DNA from: Paragordius varius | Lineage: Eukaryota; Animalia; Nematomorpha | Reading direction: 5' to 3' | Length of the DNA stretch: 64,000 bases | NCBI GenBank assembly: GCA_964247055.1 | Contig: OZ176050.1 | Location: forward strand, 4,960,001 to 5,024,000 | In this document: positions 34,834 through 53,600 of the stretch, piece after piece | Layout of the letters: each line of letters opens with the position of its first letter | Position numbering within the stretch: the stretch's first letter is position 1 | The notes under the pieces: model-generated | What the model saw: the letters and a program-made list of their open reading frames with translations, nothing else | Databases searched by the model: none | What the model was told of the DNA's origin: nothing | Program-made: the position numbers and the translations under genes

Positions 34834-37800
34834 ATGTTCTCCTACATTCTTGTTTTTTCTTCAAACCACATTTTGTTGTTACTCTTATTACAATTACTGC
34901 TTGTTAGCCTTCATGGTCAATACATAGGGGATGAAAATGATGACATATTTGAAACTAAAACATTTTTAACTTACACTCCAACAGTCGACAATACATATTA
35001 TGCTTATTCATCTGAATTAAGTAATGTCAAAACATCATCTGCAATTAATCGAATCCCAAACAATAGGTCTATACTTCATTTACAACATTTTACACCATCT
35101 CCCCTACCTCCAATTAATAGAGTTGAATACATTCAAGTGGATCCGAAAGATTTGGAACAATCCTTACAGATTCTAAAACTTGGGTGTTATTTGGATAATT
35201 ACCCCATTCTAAGGGACATTTGGCCAAAACGTGTGTTCGCCCCAAACCTAACTAATGCCATTTGTGCCAAAACATGTTCGAGATACCAATATCCTTACAG
35301 TGCTACGCAGTGGGGAACGGAGTGTTTTTGTGGTTATGCATACGGTATTTTTGGGACGCCGGAACATCCGCTTAAGTAATATTTTTGTAAACTACTTGAC
35401 TCATGTAGTCGGATGTATGCTTTTGTAACTCAGATTAACTAACGCGAGATAGGAATTTCCAAATAATATTCGCATAATGTTTTTTTGCGCATTTTTATAT
35501 CACTTGGTCCAATATACCAATTTAAAAATTAAATTTTTAGATATGTCAAGTATCAGGGGCCGGAACGACAAAAATACAGTTTAGTCCCCAAAATATCACA
35601 ATGCACGCTACCGTGCCCAGGTAATCAAAATGATATATGTGGTGGGAATAATGCCAACACCGTTTATTATACGGGCATTTCAATCCACGACGGCATATCG
35701 GACATGGAATGTTTCGAAGATTATGACCAAGCTATTCCAGCTATCGATGATCCTTTGTTCATTATGATAGGTTTGGTTCGTCCAATGACCATGAGTATTA
35801 CTATGTGTCATTTTCATTGCCGGAGACATGGATATCCGTTTCTTTATGCTTCACGAGGCGAATGTTTTTGTTCCTTTTTTAATACGACGCTCCTGAAAAA
35901 GTTGGCTCATCACGAAGATACGCACCATCACCATAGTATGATGGGTCATGATAAAAATTTGGTTTGTGACATGTCATGTCCAGGAAATAAAAGTCAAATA
36001 TGTGGTAATATGGTAACTGAAAAGGCATATTCAGTACATTCCAATGATCTTTTAGTCAGGGATTCAACAATAGTTATTACAAGTGTTGGTAAAACTTGGA
36101 TTTATTTACAGCTATATATGCCATCGGAGTTATCGAATACCACGACAACCTATGCAAATTTTAGAATCGATGTATTTTACTTTAAAGTTAAACATTTGTA
36201 TTTAACTATGCGAGATTTGAAAAAAGCCAATTCAAAATCATATCATTTTGCAATAAATAAAGACTCTCATAGCTATTTTATCCTTTTGGATGGTTTAACC
36301 TACAATACGCAATATCACATTTTAGCGACAGTCAATGATAATGTAAATGGACAACCAACATTTATAGGGTCTGGCTTGTTACAAAAAACTTGTAACATAA
36401 ATATGATAACACAATTGCAAGCCCTTAATCACACTGATATTGTCAATAGACCAAATAGATATTCTCTAAATGTATATTGGACTATCAATCCAAGACTGTA
36501 TTCCAGTTCCTCGGTCAGAAAAATCAAAATTTTCACCCTTAAATATGAAATTGTTAAGCCATCGTATTGTGTTGGCGACTCGAGTTCGGTGGATAACACT
36601 CATTTCCATTATCCCATGATTAAACGTTTTACTGATTATCAAAAGTTTTATATGCTGACTGATTTGAAACCGGCCACCACATATCTCCTGCAAATAAGTA
36701 ACCCTGATGACGTTTGTGGTATAAGTAAACTGGTTAACACAAATGACTCAATTCCTCAAACTTACCCTTCTAACATTACAATAGATATGCGTGATGGAAT
36801 GAGTACAATTTTGACGAGCAATGAAATTACCATTTCTTGGGATCGTCCAGGATGTCAAGATTATACAAGCGCTACACTCTCTATAAAAATAGTATTGCAA
36901 AGTAATGAACACAATCCATCATCACCCGACAAAAATGAAACTCGTTACATTTCACGCATTATTGATTTGAATGAATGCCAGAATTGTTTTAACCATACAT
37001 TTGGTCCATTAACGCCATTAAGTACATATGGTATCACACTCCAATACATAAATGAAATGGGTGAAGGGCCAAAAAGTCCTCTATTTTGGGTTACTATACC
37101 TGAACCTCATAAACGTCAACATTTTTTGTATGGATCCACCTCAAAACATAAATTTTGGTTGATTGCAGCCATATCATTGGGTCTTATAATGATTGTGGCT
37201 TTTATGTTTCTTTTTGGGAAAAGGCATGTCTCTTTCACCAACACTAAAACGTTATGTACCAGATTATATAACCATTACGAAGCAAATAAATTATTAACTA
37301 ACCGTGGTATACCCAATTATGCATCTCATGATTATTGTTGTACTGATAACCAATTTTCTCAGACGTGTGGACAGAAAGAGTCTAAAATCGCTTTTCCCTT
37401 AACAAATGTGCATAAATTGTTTTGTAGTATTCCATGGAAAGCTCTTGAAATATCCGATGATATAATAAAACAAAATTCATACGTACAGATTCGCAAAGCA
37501 CAAGTGATGATTGAGAACGATTGGATCTCGGTGGCCCTAAAAATAACTGATGGGAAATATGTGACAAAAGAAATTTTTTTAACCGAACTCGAAATTATGG
37601 GGAAATTAGGTTATCATCGAAACATTGTGAATCTGATTGGGGCTTGCATTCATAATAATGTTTATTTCGTGGCACTCGAATATTTGGAAGTTGGAAATCT
37701 CAGAGATTTCATGAGAAACAATCGCAAATTAAATGCTGACGGAAACTTAACTCTTCTATCCAATAGAGATCAAACCTTTTCCTCCGCACGCATTAAATTG

Positions 37801-38400
37801 GATGTGGCCGAAGGTATGAAATATCTGTCCAAATACAACATTATACATAGGAAATTATGCGCAAACAATATAATACTAGCTAATGATCTTACAGCCAAAG
37901 TTGGAAACTTTGGATTATCTTATACTCCGAGTAATTCGGAAACCCCATCTCCAAAATGTGATGAAATGCATGATTATTGGCGTTGGATGTCCATAGAATC
38001 ATTAGCTTTTAACATTTATTCCATGAAATCTGATGTATGGTCTTATGGGATTTTGATGTGGGAAATCGTTACGCTGGGTGGTACACCGTATTGGCCCATG
38101 GATATAAACAATGAACAAGCGTTACTTGTAACCTTACAAAATGGATACCGTATGCCAAAACCAAAAAATTGCCCTGATAAAATTTACGAATTAATGAATC
38201 AATGTTGGAATTTTCATCCGGATCGGCGACCGTCTTTTGAATCTTTGAGCGGAGAAATGGAAACATTTGTAAGAGAAGATTTGTACCAGGATGGGTACGA
38301 AGTTATATCGTCCATAAATAAAAATTTGGTATCCTATGAAGAGATTGGAACTAATGCAAATTCTGAAATTAATAATGAAAATGATTTTTCATACCATTAA
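34834..38400 (+). CDS. WSC-WSC-FN3 receptor tyrosine kinase-like protein (Wsck-type), predicted pseudokinase, 1133 aa
   Basis: Exons 34834-35375 and 35541-38400 in frame. Signal peptide; two WSC domains (LGCYLD..CAKTC..ECFCG..CPGN..ICGG; CFED..CHFHC..ECFCS..CPGNKSQICG); FN3-like repeats; TM FWLIAAISLGLIMIVAFMFLF; TK domain (RWMSIES, SDVWSYGILMWEI.TLGGTPY, RMPKP..CP, RPSF). Confidence 0.9.
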
Positions 38401-38799
38401 TGGCTGAAATATTTAACGGATATAATTGCAATATAATATTTATTATCATAAAATAAACCGCATTTATATTATAAATTATAAAATAAAGCACCTAATTGTG
38501 CCATTTATAAAACAATAAAATTAACGTGTTAAAACATTAAATTAAAGCGATAAAAATTTATTTCATAGTAAATTTCAGACTCATACGCAAAGTGTTAAAA
38601 CTTTCGATCCCATTAAAGATATAATAATTTAAATAATGACCCAAAGTCAAAATTGTCTGTTTTGTGGTTTATCCTTGTTGAGCCGAGCTTGCTTTATATC
38701 AACTCCATTTATTACATGCAGTCTTTTCTCCTCTATTCATTTAAGTTATGTAGCTAGGGTTAAATTTTCGCATATTTAAAAATAATCGGTCTCACCGCT

Positions 38800-39818
38800 T
38801 ATAATCCTGTAATACTGCGTCCGAAATATGGTGCTTTTGGTTTCGGCCCTTGATTGAAAGTATTTACAATTTTGTGATAACTGTCCCATATCAGAAAATG
38901 ATTAAATTTGCTTACATTAAGTAAAATAAAGTTTTTTTGGGTGAAAGCTAAATGTTTCATTACAAATAATATCACTAAAATATATCGTAAACTACATATA
39001 AAAAGAAGAACATTTATTTGAATTATAATTTTTACAAGTAGGCTCTGAAAGTCCCAAATTTTTTATTCTTCTTAAACGAGCTAGTTCTATGAAAATAGAC
39101 TCTAAAAGGCCGGAATTTCGCAATAAAATTTGAATGTATGCTAAATTTGACTTCAAAAAATTCATTTTAAAAACAGCATAATAAAAAATTTCAATTGTTT
39201 TGAAGCATCCTTTCTACTATTTATAGGCATGATAAAAACGATTTAAAAACGCTTTTAGATATGGTTTTGTCTTGATATTTATGTCAAATATAAATAGTGT
39301 ATTTATATAAAAATAAACTAAAATATTAAGCAGACCTGTAAATAATAATTCTGAAGCGATAGAGATGTTTAGCAACATGAAATTATAGGTAAAGTGTTAT
39401 ACAATATCTAAAAGCGTTTTTATACCGTGTTCATCATGCCTAAAAACACTAGGAAATACGCTTCAACAACTAAGAGTATGTATTTTTTTAGAAAATTTAA
39501 TATCAATTAGCATATATTTAAAAATTTTATTGCGAATTTCCGACATTTTTGCGTTTATTTTAAATGAATAGCCCATGAGAGAAACTTTCGGAGCTCACAT
39601 CCAAAAAATATTTTAAAAAAAATTCTTATATGTAGTTTATAATATATTTTAGTGATATTAGCTTTAGCTTTCATCAAAAAAAATTTATTACAAAAAATAT
39701 GGTCAAATTTTACCATTTTTCTGATATGGAGCACTTAGCACAAAAGTGTAAACAACTTTCTTATATCACAAAGCTGATTTTCCTAATACTTTTCTATTAG
39801 AAAATGTTAATTTCATCA
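38800..39818. mobile_element. Palindromic long-TIR element, copy 2 (intergenic)
   Basis: Both arms are homologous to 30380-31526 (CCATATCAGAAAATG, GGTGAAAGCTAAATG, GAAAGTCCC and their inverses). Right end is TTTCATCA. Left boundary is approximate. Confidence 0.8.
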
Positions 39819-40479
39819 AGCTACTTTTTCTCCGATTTTGTACTTTGTGATAAGCCGACATACTTAAATAAAATGTAGTTTTGTAAAAAAGGGTATATCA
39901 AACTACTTCGAGGAAATATTTATTTTGCAACATTTTGCAAAATATCGGGTTTAATTAATTTTAGAGTTAAGAAAAAGTTTTGATTTTATCACATCTATCA
40001 TTTATAGAAACAGAAAAAGTGGTTTATTTTGTATTATTTTTAAATTTAGCTAATGAACACATATCATGTTGACTAAATTTTTTTGGGGTTTACCTTAAAA
40101 TAAGTAATATCACGTATCTTAAAAGATTTTTATACATTTCCGCTCATTATTCAAATCCTTCCATATTTTTTGAAGTATTTAATTTGCAGGTCAGTGGTCT
40201 CCAACGACCCCAATTTGAACTGAAATTAATGTGTTATATCCAAGTGTTAAGACATGATAGAAACCGCATAAAAAAGCTTTAGGCTATTATAAAAACACAT
40301 TTTTCTAATTTGATGTGAACATTTATATCCCATCCGAATTTTAACAAAATAACTCTTCCTCCTAAAATTTATATTAAATATAAATTATATTTGAAATTCA
40401 CCCAAATTCAAAAGCAAACTAACCTTTAAATAAATTCTGAAATAGAAAAAATTATCATTGTAGAATTATATTGAAAAGG

Positions 40480-40950
40480 TGTTTTTATAATATTTTAAAG
40501 CGTTTACCGTTTCCATCTTAATTCAAAATACTATGAAGTATGCTTTATCTAATTTAAATTAAATTTTTGAGCAAAATATCCGTTTTTTGGAAAAACCCTT
40601 ATTGATATCAAAATTTAGCATATAATTAAAATTATTATTGCCCAATCTCGGCCCTTTCGCCTTTTTAAGAGATCTTTCGCATGGGCGATTCCGGACTTTC
40701 TGAGCGCACATCTAAAAATCATAATTATATAATATTATTGTCATGCTTTTTATATGTTTAGTATGATAGTTATATTGTTAATGAGCATTTAGCTTTCACC
40801 AAAATTTTATTTGACAGAATGGGCGCAAAATTTGCCATTTTCTGTGGAGCCATTACCAAAAGTAGTAACTTTCAATCACTCGTAAGATATAAAAACAGAA
40901 GCACCATAATAATCCTAATACATTTTCCCATCGAAACATACACATCATAC
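40480..40950. mobile_element. Single (right) arm of the palindromic element, copy 3
   Basis: GATATCAAAATTTAGCATAT, GGACTTTCTGAGCGCACATCT, GCATTTAGCTTTCACCAAA and TTTGCCATTTTCTGTGGAGC are colinear with the right arms of copies 1 and 2. Confidence 0.75.
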
Positions 40951-41207
40951 AAGGTTTATTCATATTCTCCTAATTTGGGACCCATGATAATATAAACATA
41001 TTGCCTTTTGTATTGGCGATTTAAAAAATAAAAAATGGACCCGAATGAGTTTAGGTGATGATTTTTTAAAATTCCCTTTTTAAAAATCTATTGAATCGTG
41101 GGCCTAAAGAGTAAACATGAATTTTAAATATAACTTTGTTTGATATTATAATAATCTTGATTCCAGAATATATAAAAATTGTTCTCGCAACCTCGCATTT
41201 AATAATT

Positions 41208-42195
41208 TTAACACTTTTTACCTTTTTATTTTTTTGTCCTACTTTACATATTAGGAGAGTTTTATATAAACTCAATTTTTAGAAAAAACAGCGGCTTTAA
41301 AAGTTATTTTAGTTAAAGTTTAATTATCAAACATTGTTCTTCATATATTAGATAAAAAAGCTTATTATATTGACAGTTTCGTGACTTCTGGAGTCTAAAA
41401 TTGGGACAGCTTCAGAACACGATTGAAACGAACAATATATTTTTAAATCAAAATATCAAGTTTTTACTGGTAAATTGTAGCCATTGTTAAAGATAATTAT
41501 TTACACCTTATAATTATAATATACATTTAGTTGCCTGTTACATTAGCGATTAAAAATAACTCATAGAAAAAGGCGGCAAAAATTTTGCAATTTGGCTAAA
41601 CACTTTGATACAACACATTCATTTTAGTCCTTCGTTTCAAATTGGGTTAGTTATATACCCCAGGCCTGTTTAAAATTAAATTCTTTAAAATATGGAAGGA
41701 ATCGAAACCATGGCAAAAATTTGCACTTATATAACAGTAATAAACCGAAATATATAAAAAAATCTATTCAAAAATACTTGATATTACTTATTTTAAGCTA
41801 AAACCGAAAGGTAAAAATTAAGTTAACGTGACATGTGAGCAATGGTAAAATTGAGAAACAATACATCATAAATCGCTTTTTCTATTTCTATCTATGTTAA
41901 ATGTAATTTAAATAAAAAATTAGAAATTTTTTTCAAAAATGTATGACATAGAACTTTTTTTCCAAAACAAAATTTTATTTAGATATTTTGGCATATTTTA
42001 TTTATTAAGATAGAACCATAAATTTAAATTGTGACCGTTTCCTTCAGTAGTTTTCTAAAAACCCTAAGTCAAATTTAGTCTGGGGTATTTAGATACCCCA
42101 TTTTAAATTGAAGTGTTAGTACCTTAAATACTTTTCAAGAGATTCAAAATTTAGTCTAGGATATAAAACTACCCCAAAAGGTTATGGAGTGTTAA
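41208..42195. mobile_element. TTAA-flanked MITE (piggyBac-like ends), copy 2
   Basis: TTAA-CACTTTTTACCT at the left and AGGTTATGGAGTG-TTAA at the right. The interior matches the 5939-6482 element. Confidence 0.65.
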
Positions 42196-42829
42196 ATAAA
42201 TCCTGAGTCATCAGATGCTAGACTTTCAATCGTATAATATCATTGCTTTTAATTTTTTACATTTTAATGACATTATGGAATGAAGCATCTAAATTTTGCA
42301 AAAAATATGGTCACAAAGTGCGCTATTTTGCGGTTTGGTAGGGATCAGGTATCATATAAGTTAAAAAAAAAATTTCATTAGTAAGGTTCAAAAATAAAAA
42401 CACTTATCTTGATACTATTTTTAAAATTTTATGATTTTATCAGGGTATATTTAACCCAGGTTTTGTCCATTATGTGTTTTTTATGTAATTTTGTATGTGT
42501 ACAAAATTATCTAATGAGGGGTCAAAACTTTAATTTTTGTGATATATAAAAAATATTATCATAAATAATGCTCCCAAATTCCTATTGCGATTAAATTCCC
42601 TACAAAAGTATCTGTGTTTCCACTGTATTATAAAAGGTAATGAAGTGCTTTGTATTTTATAGGTAGATAAAATGTGTTAATTAAACATGGAAATGCATAT
42701 TACTTTTTGAAAAAACATTTAATATAAATTAATGTTATTTACAAAATGATTTATCGGAAAATTTATTTAAATATTATTTATGCATATGAAAAAACCTCTT
42801 TGTAAAAGTTTCTAACCAATAATATCTAA

Positions 42830-46551
<3,722 letters not shown>

Positions 46552-47661
46552 TTCTATATCCATATAAAAAATGCTTCAGTTAAATTGAAATAACTGTCTC
46601 TCGATACCCGCGCATCATTCAATATATTAAAATTCAAACAAAATTGAGGAATTGTTTATATATTTATTTTGTTAAGAGTAACACTATCAGTTTTGTGTCA
46701 ATGTTTATAGGACTTGCTCAAAAGTTCTCCACCATATAGTATGTACGTACACATCATGCACATTCATAATTAATGGTTTATATGAACCAAGAAAGTTTTA
46801 ACCTATTATTTATATGTTTATATCTCTTAATATTATTATTTCCAAATGTAATATCAAAAGTAGTTCTAATTGACACAATTTATTGTCTATATATACATAT
46901 ATTGAATGATTTGTTAACATGCGATTATTAACTATATAATTATCAAGACCATTAAAAATGAGGCTGTTAGATTTAAGATATATATATACTTATTTATAAT
47001 TTGTAACATTATTTGCAAGAGATACTTTTTTGACACACAACGTAATACTGTTGTTAGTATAAAAATCTTATACGGCAAAAAATTAATAAACTGTAACTAA
47101 GCTTGGTGTTAAATATTTTTTTATGTAATTTTTATCAAAGCCACACACATATCTGTGAAACTTTTATACACATATTATAATTGCATTATTGTGTGGAATG
47201 TATCAAGAATGCTCTATATTTATATTATATATATATATATAAAACACAATATTAATAAATCTATATTCTTAACTAAGATTTAGTTGATATAATTGGTTCT
47301 ATATCGAACTTTTTAGTAAAGATTATCAAAAGGCATGTTTCTATTTTTACGTGAATGAAATTTCGTAAAACTGTTTTTAAATTTCTTACCTAAAATTTAC
47401 ACAAAAAGAAATATAGCTGTAAAGAAAATTAAGACATAAATGCCAAAAACCGATAAAATATAATTTATTTGGTATTATATATTCTGTTGGTAGATTGCTA
47501 CAAACGATTATATTATTTTTATATTAAAATAAAAACTTGAATACTGAGGCCTAAAATGCAAAAACAATAAAACAACAGTAGTACAAATATATAAAATATG
47601 TATTGATGACGCTTTTTTGTGGTTAAAATAAGTAAAATCTATTTAAAAATATTTTGCCATT

Positions 47662-50600
47662 TTAATTGCTGGTGATTTCTTTCAATATATTGAGTGCTTC
47701 AAACAAGGTTGTCATAAATAATAGAGCGCATTTTGATTTTTTGCAATTATTCATCGTATTAGAAGTTGTTATATCAACGGTATTGCCAGATAAAATTGAT
47801 ACGATATTTTCCGCAAACTCAGGCGACTTAAATTTGCTAACGTGGAAAAAGAGCTTATAATTGCAAGGAAACATGTAGGCTATACCATAACCCATGGGTG
47901 TTACAGGACCGAACCCCCCTCCAGGACTAAGCTAAAATGACAATACTTTTAATATATATAATTATGAAGATAAAGTAAAATAATTTTTGTTTGGAAAATA
48001 TATCACATATAGTTTGATCATTGATTAATCCTATATATACAAATACAGTCAAAAGTGTTAGCACCGAACCTAGAAAACTAAGATTTTAATTTTTATGAAG
48101 TAAACTATATTTATTAATCCTTAAATTTTCTATATCTCTATAATTACGATTGTGATGTATTAAATTGAGGTTACCAATTTATACATCTCTATTCCTTATT
48201 TGGCAACCCAAAACGATAGTTAATAAAATTAAGGATAAAAAATATAATATTTATATTTCTTACAAATGAAAGTCGTATTGTGTTAGTATTATTCTTAAAA
48301 ATTTAGTAAAATATCCATACAAGATTGCATTTCTACGAAAATTAAATTGAATACGTAAATTGTTAAAAACTCATGTCAAATAGTATCTCTATGTTAACAA
48401 GCACCCTAAACTAGTTTGAGATAGCGATTGCCTTATTTAAATATTATATTGAATTTAAAAATTAAAAAACATTTTAAATGTATCCAAGAATTATTAAAAA
48501 CCTTATCCGCAACTAGGGGCGAATCAAAATCCAATTTCATTGTAATTTGTTGTTGCGGACTTTGACTTGTTGATAAAATCCAAGGTATCATTAAAATATC
48601 CTTTAAAATTAAGCTTTCCTATAAAAATATTATATAGTTAAGAGGCTTATTTAATAAGGATTAAAACCGTTTTTGTGTCCGGTTTTAAGCAATTTGTTGT
48701 AGTGCCGCAAAGGTTTTTTGCAAAAATATTTTTATGTACGGTAATTTTAAGAGACCCCTTGATTTTAGATCCATTATTTAAAATTAATACAATATAGCCT
48801 TATTTTTTTATAGAATATGAATAAATAGCTGTAAACATAAACATATAAGCCACAGATATTTATTGTAAGCTATTTTTCCCTTAAATATTACAAAATTTAT
48901 AAACTACTATGCTGCAAATTATGGAAAACAATATTATGAAAAAACTAATTTTCAATTTATGTTTTTATTATCAAAATTGATAACAAAAAATCATAATTTT
49001 CTTATTTTTTGAAACTATATTACCATATTTAACATTCGGCTCATTACATAAAGGGCAAAGACATGACGATCAATACCATGGCCAGTTAGAGATTCTTTAT
49101 AAAGGCTTTGGTGTTTTTTGGCTGCGGCATTAAGAAGACTTAACAAATGAATTTTATTATCACGAATTTTCTGAGCGTATAACTCTTGAGTTTGACCGAA
49201 TTCCAATAATCCACAATCATAACACTCTCTATAGATCAATTTTAGATGATGTACATTAATAAAAGCTGGCTAGTTAAAAAATGGTACAATTATGGATAAA
49301 AACTAAATTGTACATTGAAAACAATATTTAATATCAATTACATTAATAGATTTAGTTATTGCATCGATTATCATTATTAATACATATCTAATTAGACATT
49401 TATAAGCTTTATATATGATAACAGCAGAACTGGTCGGTAGAAAATTGGCATCCATCCACCATTTGATTATAAAAAATATATAAAAACAATTTGCAACAAA
49501 TGTGAAACCTAATAAAATCTCCCATGGGCGCAGTTAAACTTCTAACTGTTTCAGTTCGACCCTGATAAAATAAGCGTGTACTGGAAGCTTCATACGTACA
49601 CGTTAATTCAAAAGGTAAAATTTTCGAATTTTCATCCGCATTTGATTCATCAAAATTCGTAAAACTTTTGGAAGACTGGGAATTAAAATTAGTTTTAGTA
49701 GGATCTAAAGTTGATAATTTGGCATAAGCCAATTGAATTGCTATTTGGACAAAAGCATCTGGGCTTATCTATTAATACATGATTTTTTCCATTTTTAGTG
49801 AAAAAAAATTATTAGAAGGGTTGAATATTTAATATACGCTTTAACCGGTCATTAATATTCAACATTATTAACCAATTAAATTGCGCTTTTATTAGTGTAA
49901 AAAAACAATAAAAAATATAAAATATTGTATATATATATTTTACAAATTTAGGTTTTACACCAACATAATATCCCGTGATAAATATATGTTCAATATTTTT
50001 TGACTGGTTACTTTTAGCGCTAATAATTACGGTCCAACATGTATTTATTAACCGATGAGACCCTTTTAATATTACATAATAAATATTATTTTTCAAATTT
50101 AATTAAAATATTTACTTTGTGATTTTTCATTAATCCTTTGCCAAAATCAGTGAACTCTTGGACCTCCAAATCCAAATTTTGAGAACGCTTTATAAATGGA
50201 AATAGAATAAATTTATGAAAGAGTATTTTTATTTCTAACAAAATTTATTATTAGGCACAAAATAAACCTTAATAGCTAACTCATAAGATTTAGAGAGTAT
50301 TGAGCGAAATTCCTTATCTTGAGCATACCAAATCAATGGTTTGATGAGCTTATGGAGAGGAAGTTGTTTTGAAACTATAAAAGTATTTTGAGATTCATCT
50401 ATATAGTTTTAAAAAGTAAAAATGGGCAATTTAATAGAAAAATTTTCCGTCATTATGGTGCAATTCTAACAAAAAATTACCGTTATCGGAAGACAGATCC
50501 AATAAATGTTTGTCATTTGGAAAGGTTAAGGTACAATTGCCATCGGAGTAAAAATTATGTTTAACCCTATTATTATAAAAAAATATAATAATGATAAACA

Positions 50601-53600
50601 TTCATATTTAAGATTAAGATTGAAACGTATTTTAAGTAAATCGTTTACGCTTCGGGTTTCAATTTCATATATTTAAAAACGGATCCAAAGATGATAATAC
50701 TGATTTCGGTTATTTTTTGGCCAAAAAGTTATGATTTCAGTTCAATATTTATAATTTATACATAACCTAATTAAAACCACAAATCTAAAAATTTTTTATG
50801 CTAAACAATAAATATACTTATTTTAGTTTTATTGCGAAAACTATTAAAAACACGAATAAAAGCTATAAGAAAAGATAATAATAAATCATCCATTTAAATT
50901 GCTATCCTAGTTCTAAAAAACGGTTCAGGGCTAATAGTTTTGGTTCTTATACCTGATTTTTCGCAACTTATCTAATTTATATTTTTAAATTGATATCTTG
51001 CAAAGACGATTGAAAAAAAAGAACTAATTGTTTGTTTGTTTTTGCTTTAATTTTTTAAATAAGATAAGATCTTAGAAATTTTTTTAAAAAATAATTCAAT
51101 TTTATGATAAAATTGAAAAAACTAATCGATTTAGTTTTGATCTCTGATTTTTTCTTTCTTTGCAAAATATTTGTTATACTCATTTGAGAGGACATATTCC
51201 AAGAGATGAGCAGTTACAGTGGCATCCCCATACGAATGTTCACAATTTAAGCCAATTTTCGCGTTTGGGAAAACGACCAAATTTATACTTTTATCGAACC
51301 AGATGGCAGAATATTTTGCAACTCTGTGATCTAAAATATGAATATATTTTTATAATATGAATGATAAATCAAAAAATATTATATGACATGGAAAAGGGAT
51401 GATATAAAAATGCCCTTAATAAATCTGTTATAAATGTACGCTTAAAATAAGTAGAGAAAAACATGATTATTAGTTACTATATTAATCAAAATTATCAAGG
51501 AAAATCAAATATTTGTGATAAAAAAATTATTAATCAAAACATCATATTAATATGTTATTTAATATCCATTTTTTGCACATACCGCTTTGTTGTGTTCCAT
51601 CAAATTTAGTAAACATCCCCGTTAACAAATGGTGACCTTGTTTGGTAAAGTTAAAATCTTTAGACGAAACACCGTTTGGCCAGTCAGGAATCAAAGTTAC
51701 CTATAGAAAAAACGCCATAAATTTTGTAGTATTAAAATATTGGTTAAACAAACTCATAAAATTTTTAAGTTATATTGATTATAATAGGAACAAACATGCA
51801 TTATGGCGCTTTCGATTTCGTAAAGAGTCTCCTGATTTAGGGAATATTCAGATGTTAAACTTTTATGCAAATTGGAGCCATTAAAGTATCGTTCTCTAAC
51901 GTTGTACCAATCATCACGATCAAGCGTTGTAAGGCAATTAATACTGGGACAATCTATATTTAGCATAAAATTTGATTTATAATATCATTTAAGCGAGGCG
52001 ATTAAAGACCATTAAAACAATTTAAAATAGTTTTATAATAAATACAAACTAATATAATTAAACAAAAAGTCTAAACCATTTATAAATAAAAGAACATAAA
52101 GTATATTAACAAAACTTGTGAATGCCTAATTGTTTTAAATTAAACGAATTTTGCCTGTAAATTTATTAAACATAAAACCAAATTACAAATATAAATGTTT
52201 GTATCCTAAATATATGACCTTCATCGTCCAAATCTTTTTGGGATATCGAATGCTCTAAAACATATTCAAAAGCTTTTTGCAAACACAGTGGAGATATGGG
52301 TTCATAAGGAAAACCCGTTAATTCATTTCTCTTTTCCGGCGTTATAACATTAATTTTATAGTATTTCCCATATATACATGCGACTATATGCTAATTAATA
52401 CATAAAAAAAAATTAAAATATTTTATTAAATAGATTAGTAAATATCAATTAAATGCTATAAATTCAAAAAATACCTGAGATTGTTGAGGTTCATAGTGTA
52501 CCAATTTATCAATTTCCTTTTGTGGTATCCTGCAAAAAATAAATATTAAAATTTAATTTTAAATGAAATGTCGATGGGCTATAATTATTTTGTATTATAA
52601 TATAGTAGCTTAACACCTGGTTGTACTAAAAAGGCGTCTATATTGATCCATACACACAGGTATGGTTTCTCGTATCTTTAGTGTGGACATAGTTTCAGTA
52701 ATTATAGATTGACGAAACTTTAGCATATAGTATACTATATTTGCTGCTCTAAACAATCAAATAAAAGTTTAATATACATATATATATCTAATAATAAATG
52801 AACCACCAAGAAAAAAATCCTTATATAAAATTTATTTTCGAGTTTCACATTTAGATAAAATTATTAAAAAAATGAAATAGCAAATTTTTCCAACATTAAC
52901 AAAGGATGATAGATTAACCTGGCACAAACATTGGTTGTTGGCGTAAAATAACTCATATCAAGTATGTAATAATTGCTATTAATGGCAAGTGATTTTCGAT
53001 TCATCAAATAAACGTAACGTTCCCTAAATGGAAAAATCAATAAAAATAAATCCGATCATTTAGATTTTAGTTAAAAACAATTATAAAACCATCGGGACTA
53101 TTAGCTTTCAAAAAATGGTTCCGAACCACGATTGCAAACGGTTACAATTTATTTCATATTTTTTCAATTAAATATTTTTTCTTAAATAACTTATTTTTTG
53201 GAGCAAACAACACACAATAAATTTTTTTCTTTTAAGCTATTTATACGAACAAAATATTTAAGCTAAAACTTAAAAAAATCCGAACCAGAATCAGAATAAA
53301 AACAAAAACCCCTAGCGGTAACTAAAACTTTTAAAATAATTTTTATAACTACGTTGATATATTTTTGCTTGGATTTTAAACTCATCACCCTTAATATATA
53401 TGTATTACTGATTATGTTTAATTTTTTTTTGTTTAAAACCCTTATTGAAAATCGGTAAAAAACTAATATAAATACATCTAGCATTTTGAAAATCAAATAA
53501 TTTTATGAAAAAAAAGTAATCATTTATTTATATTTTGGTATTAATGAAATTATTTCAAGTAGTATATTTTTTTAGTAATATCAATAGGTTTTGACACTAT

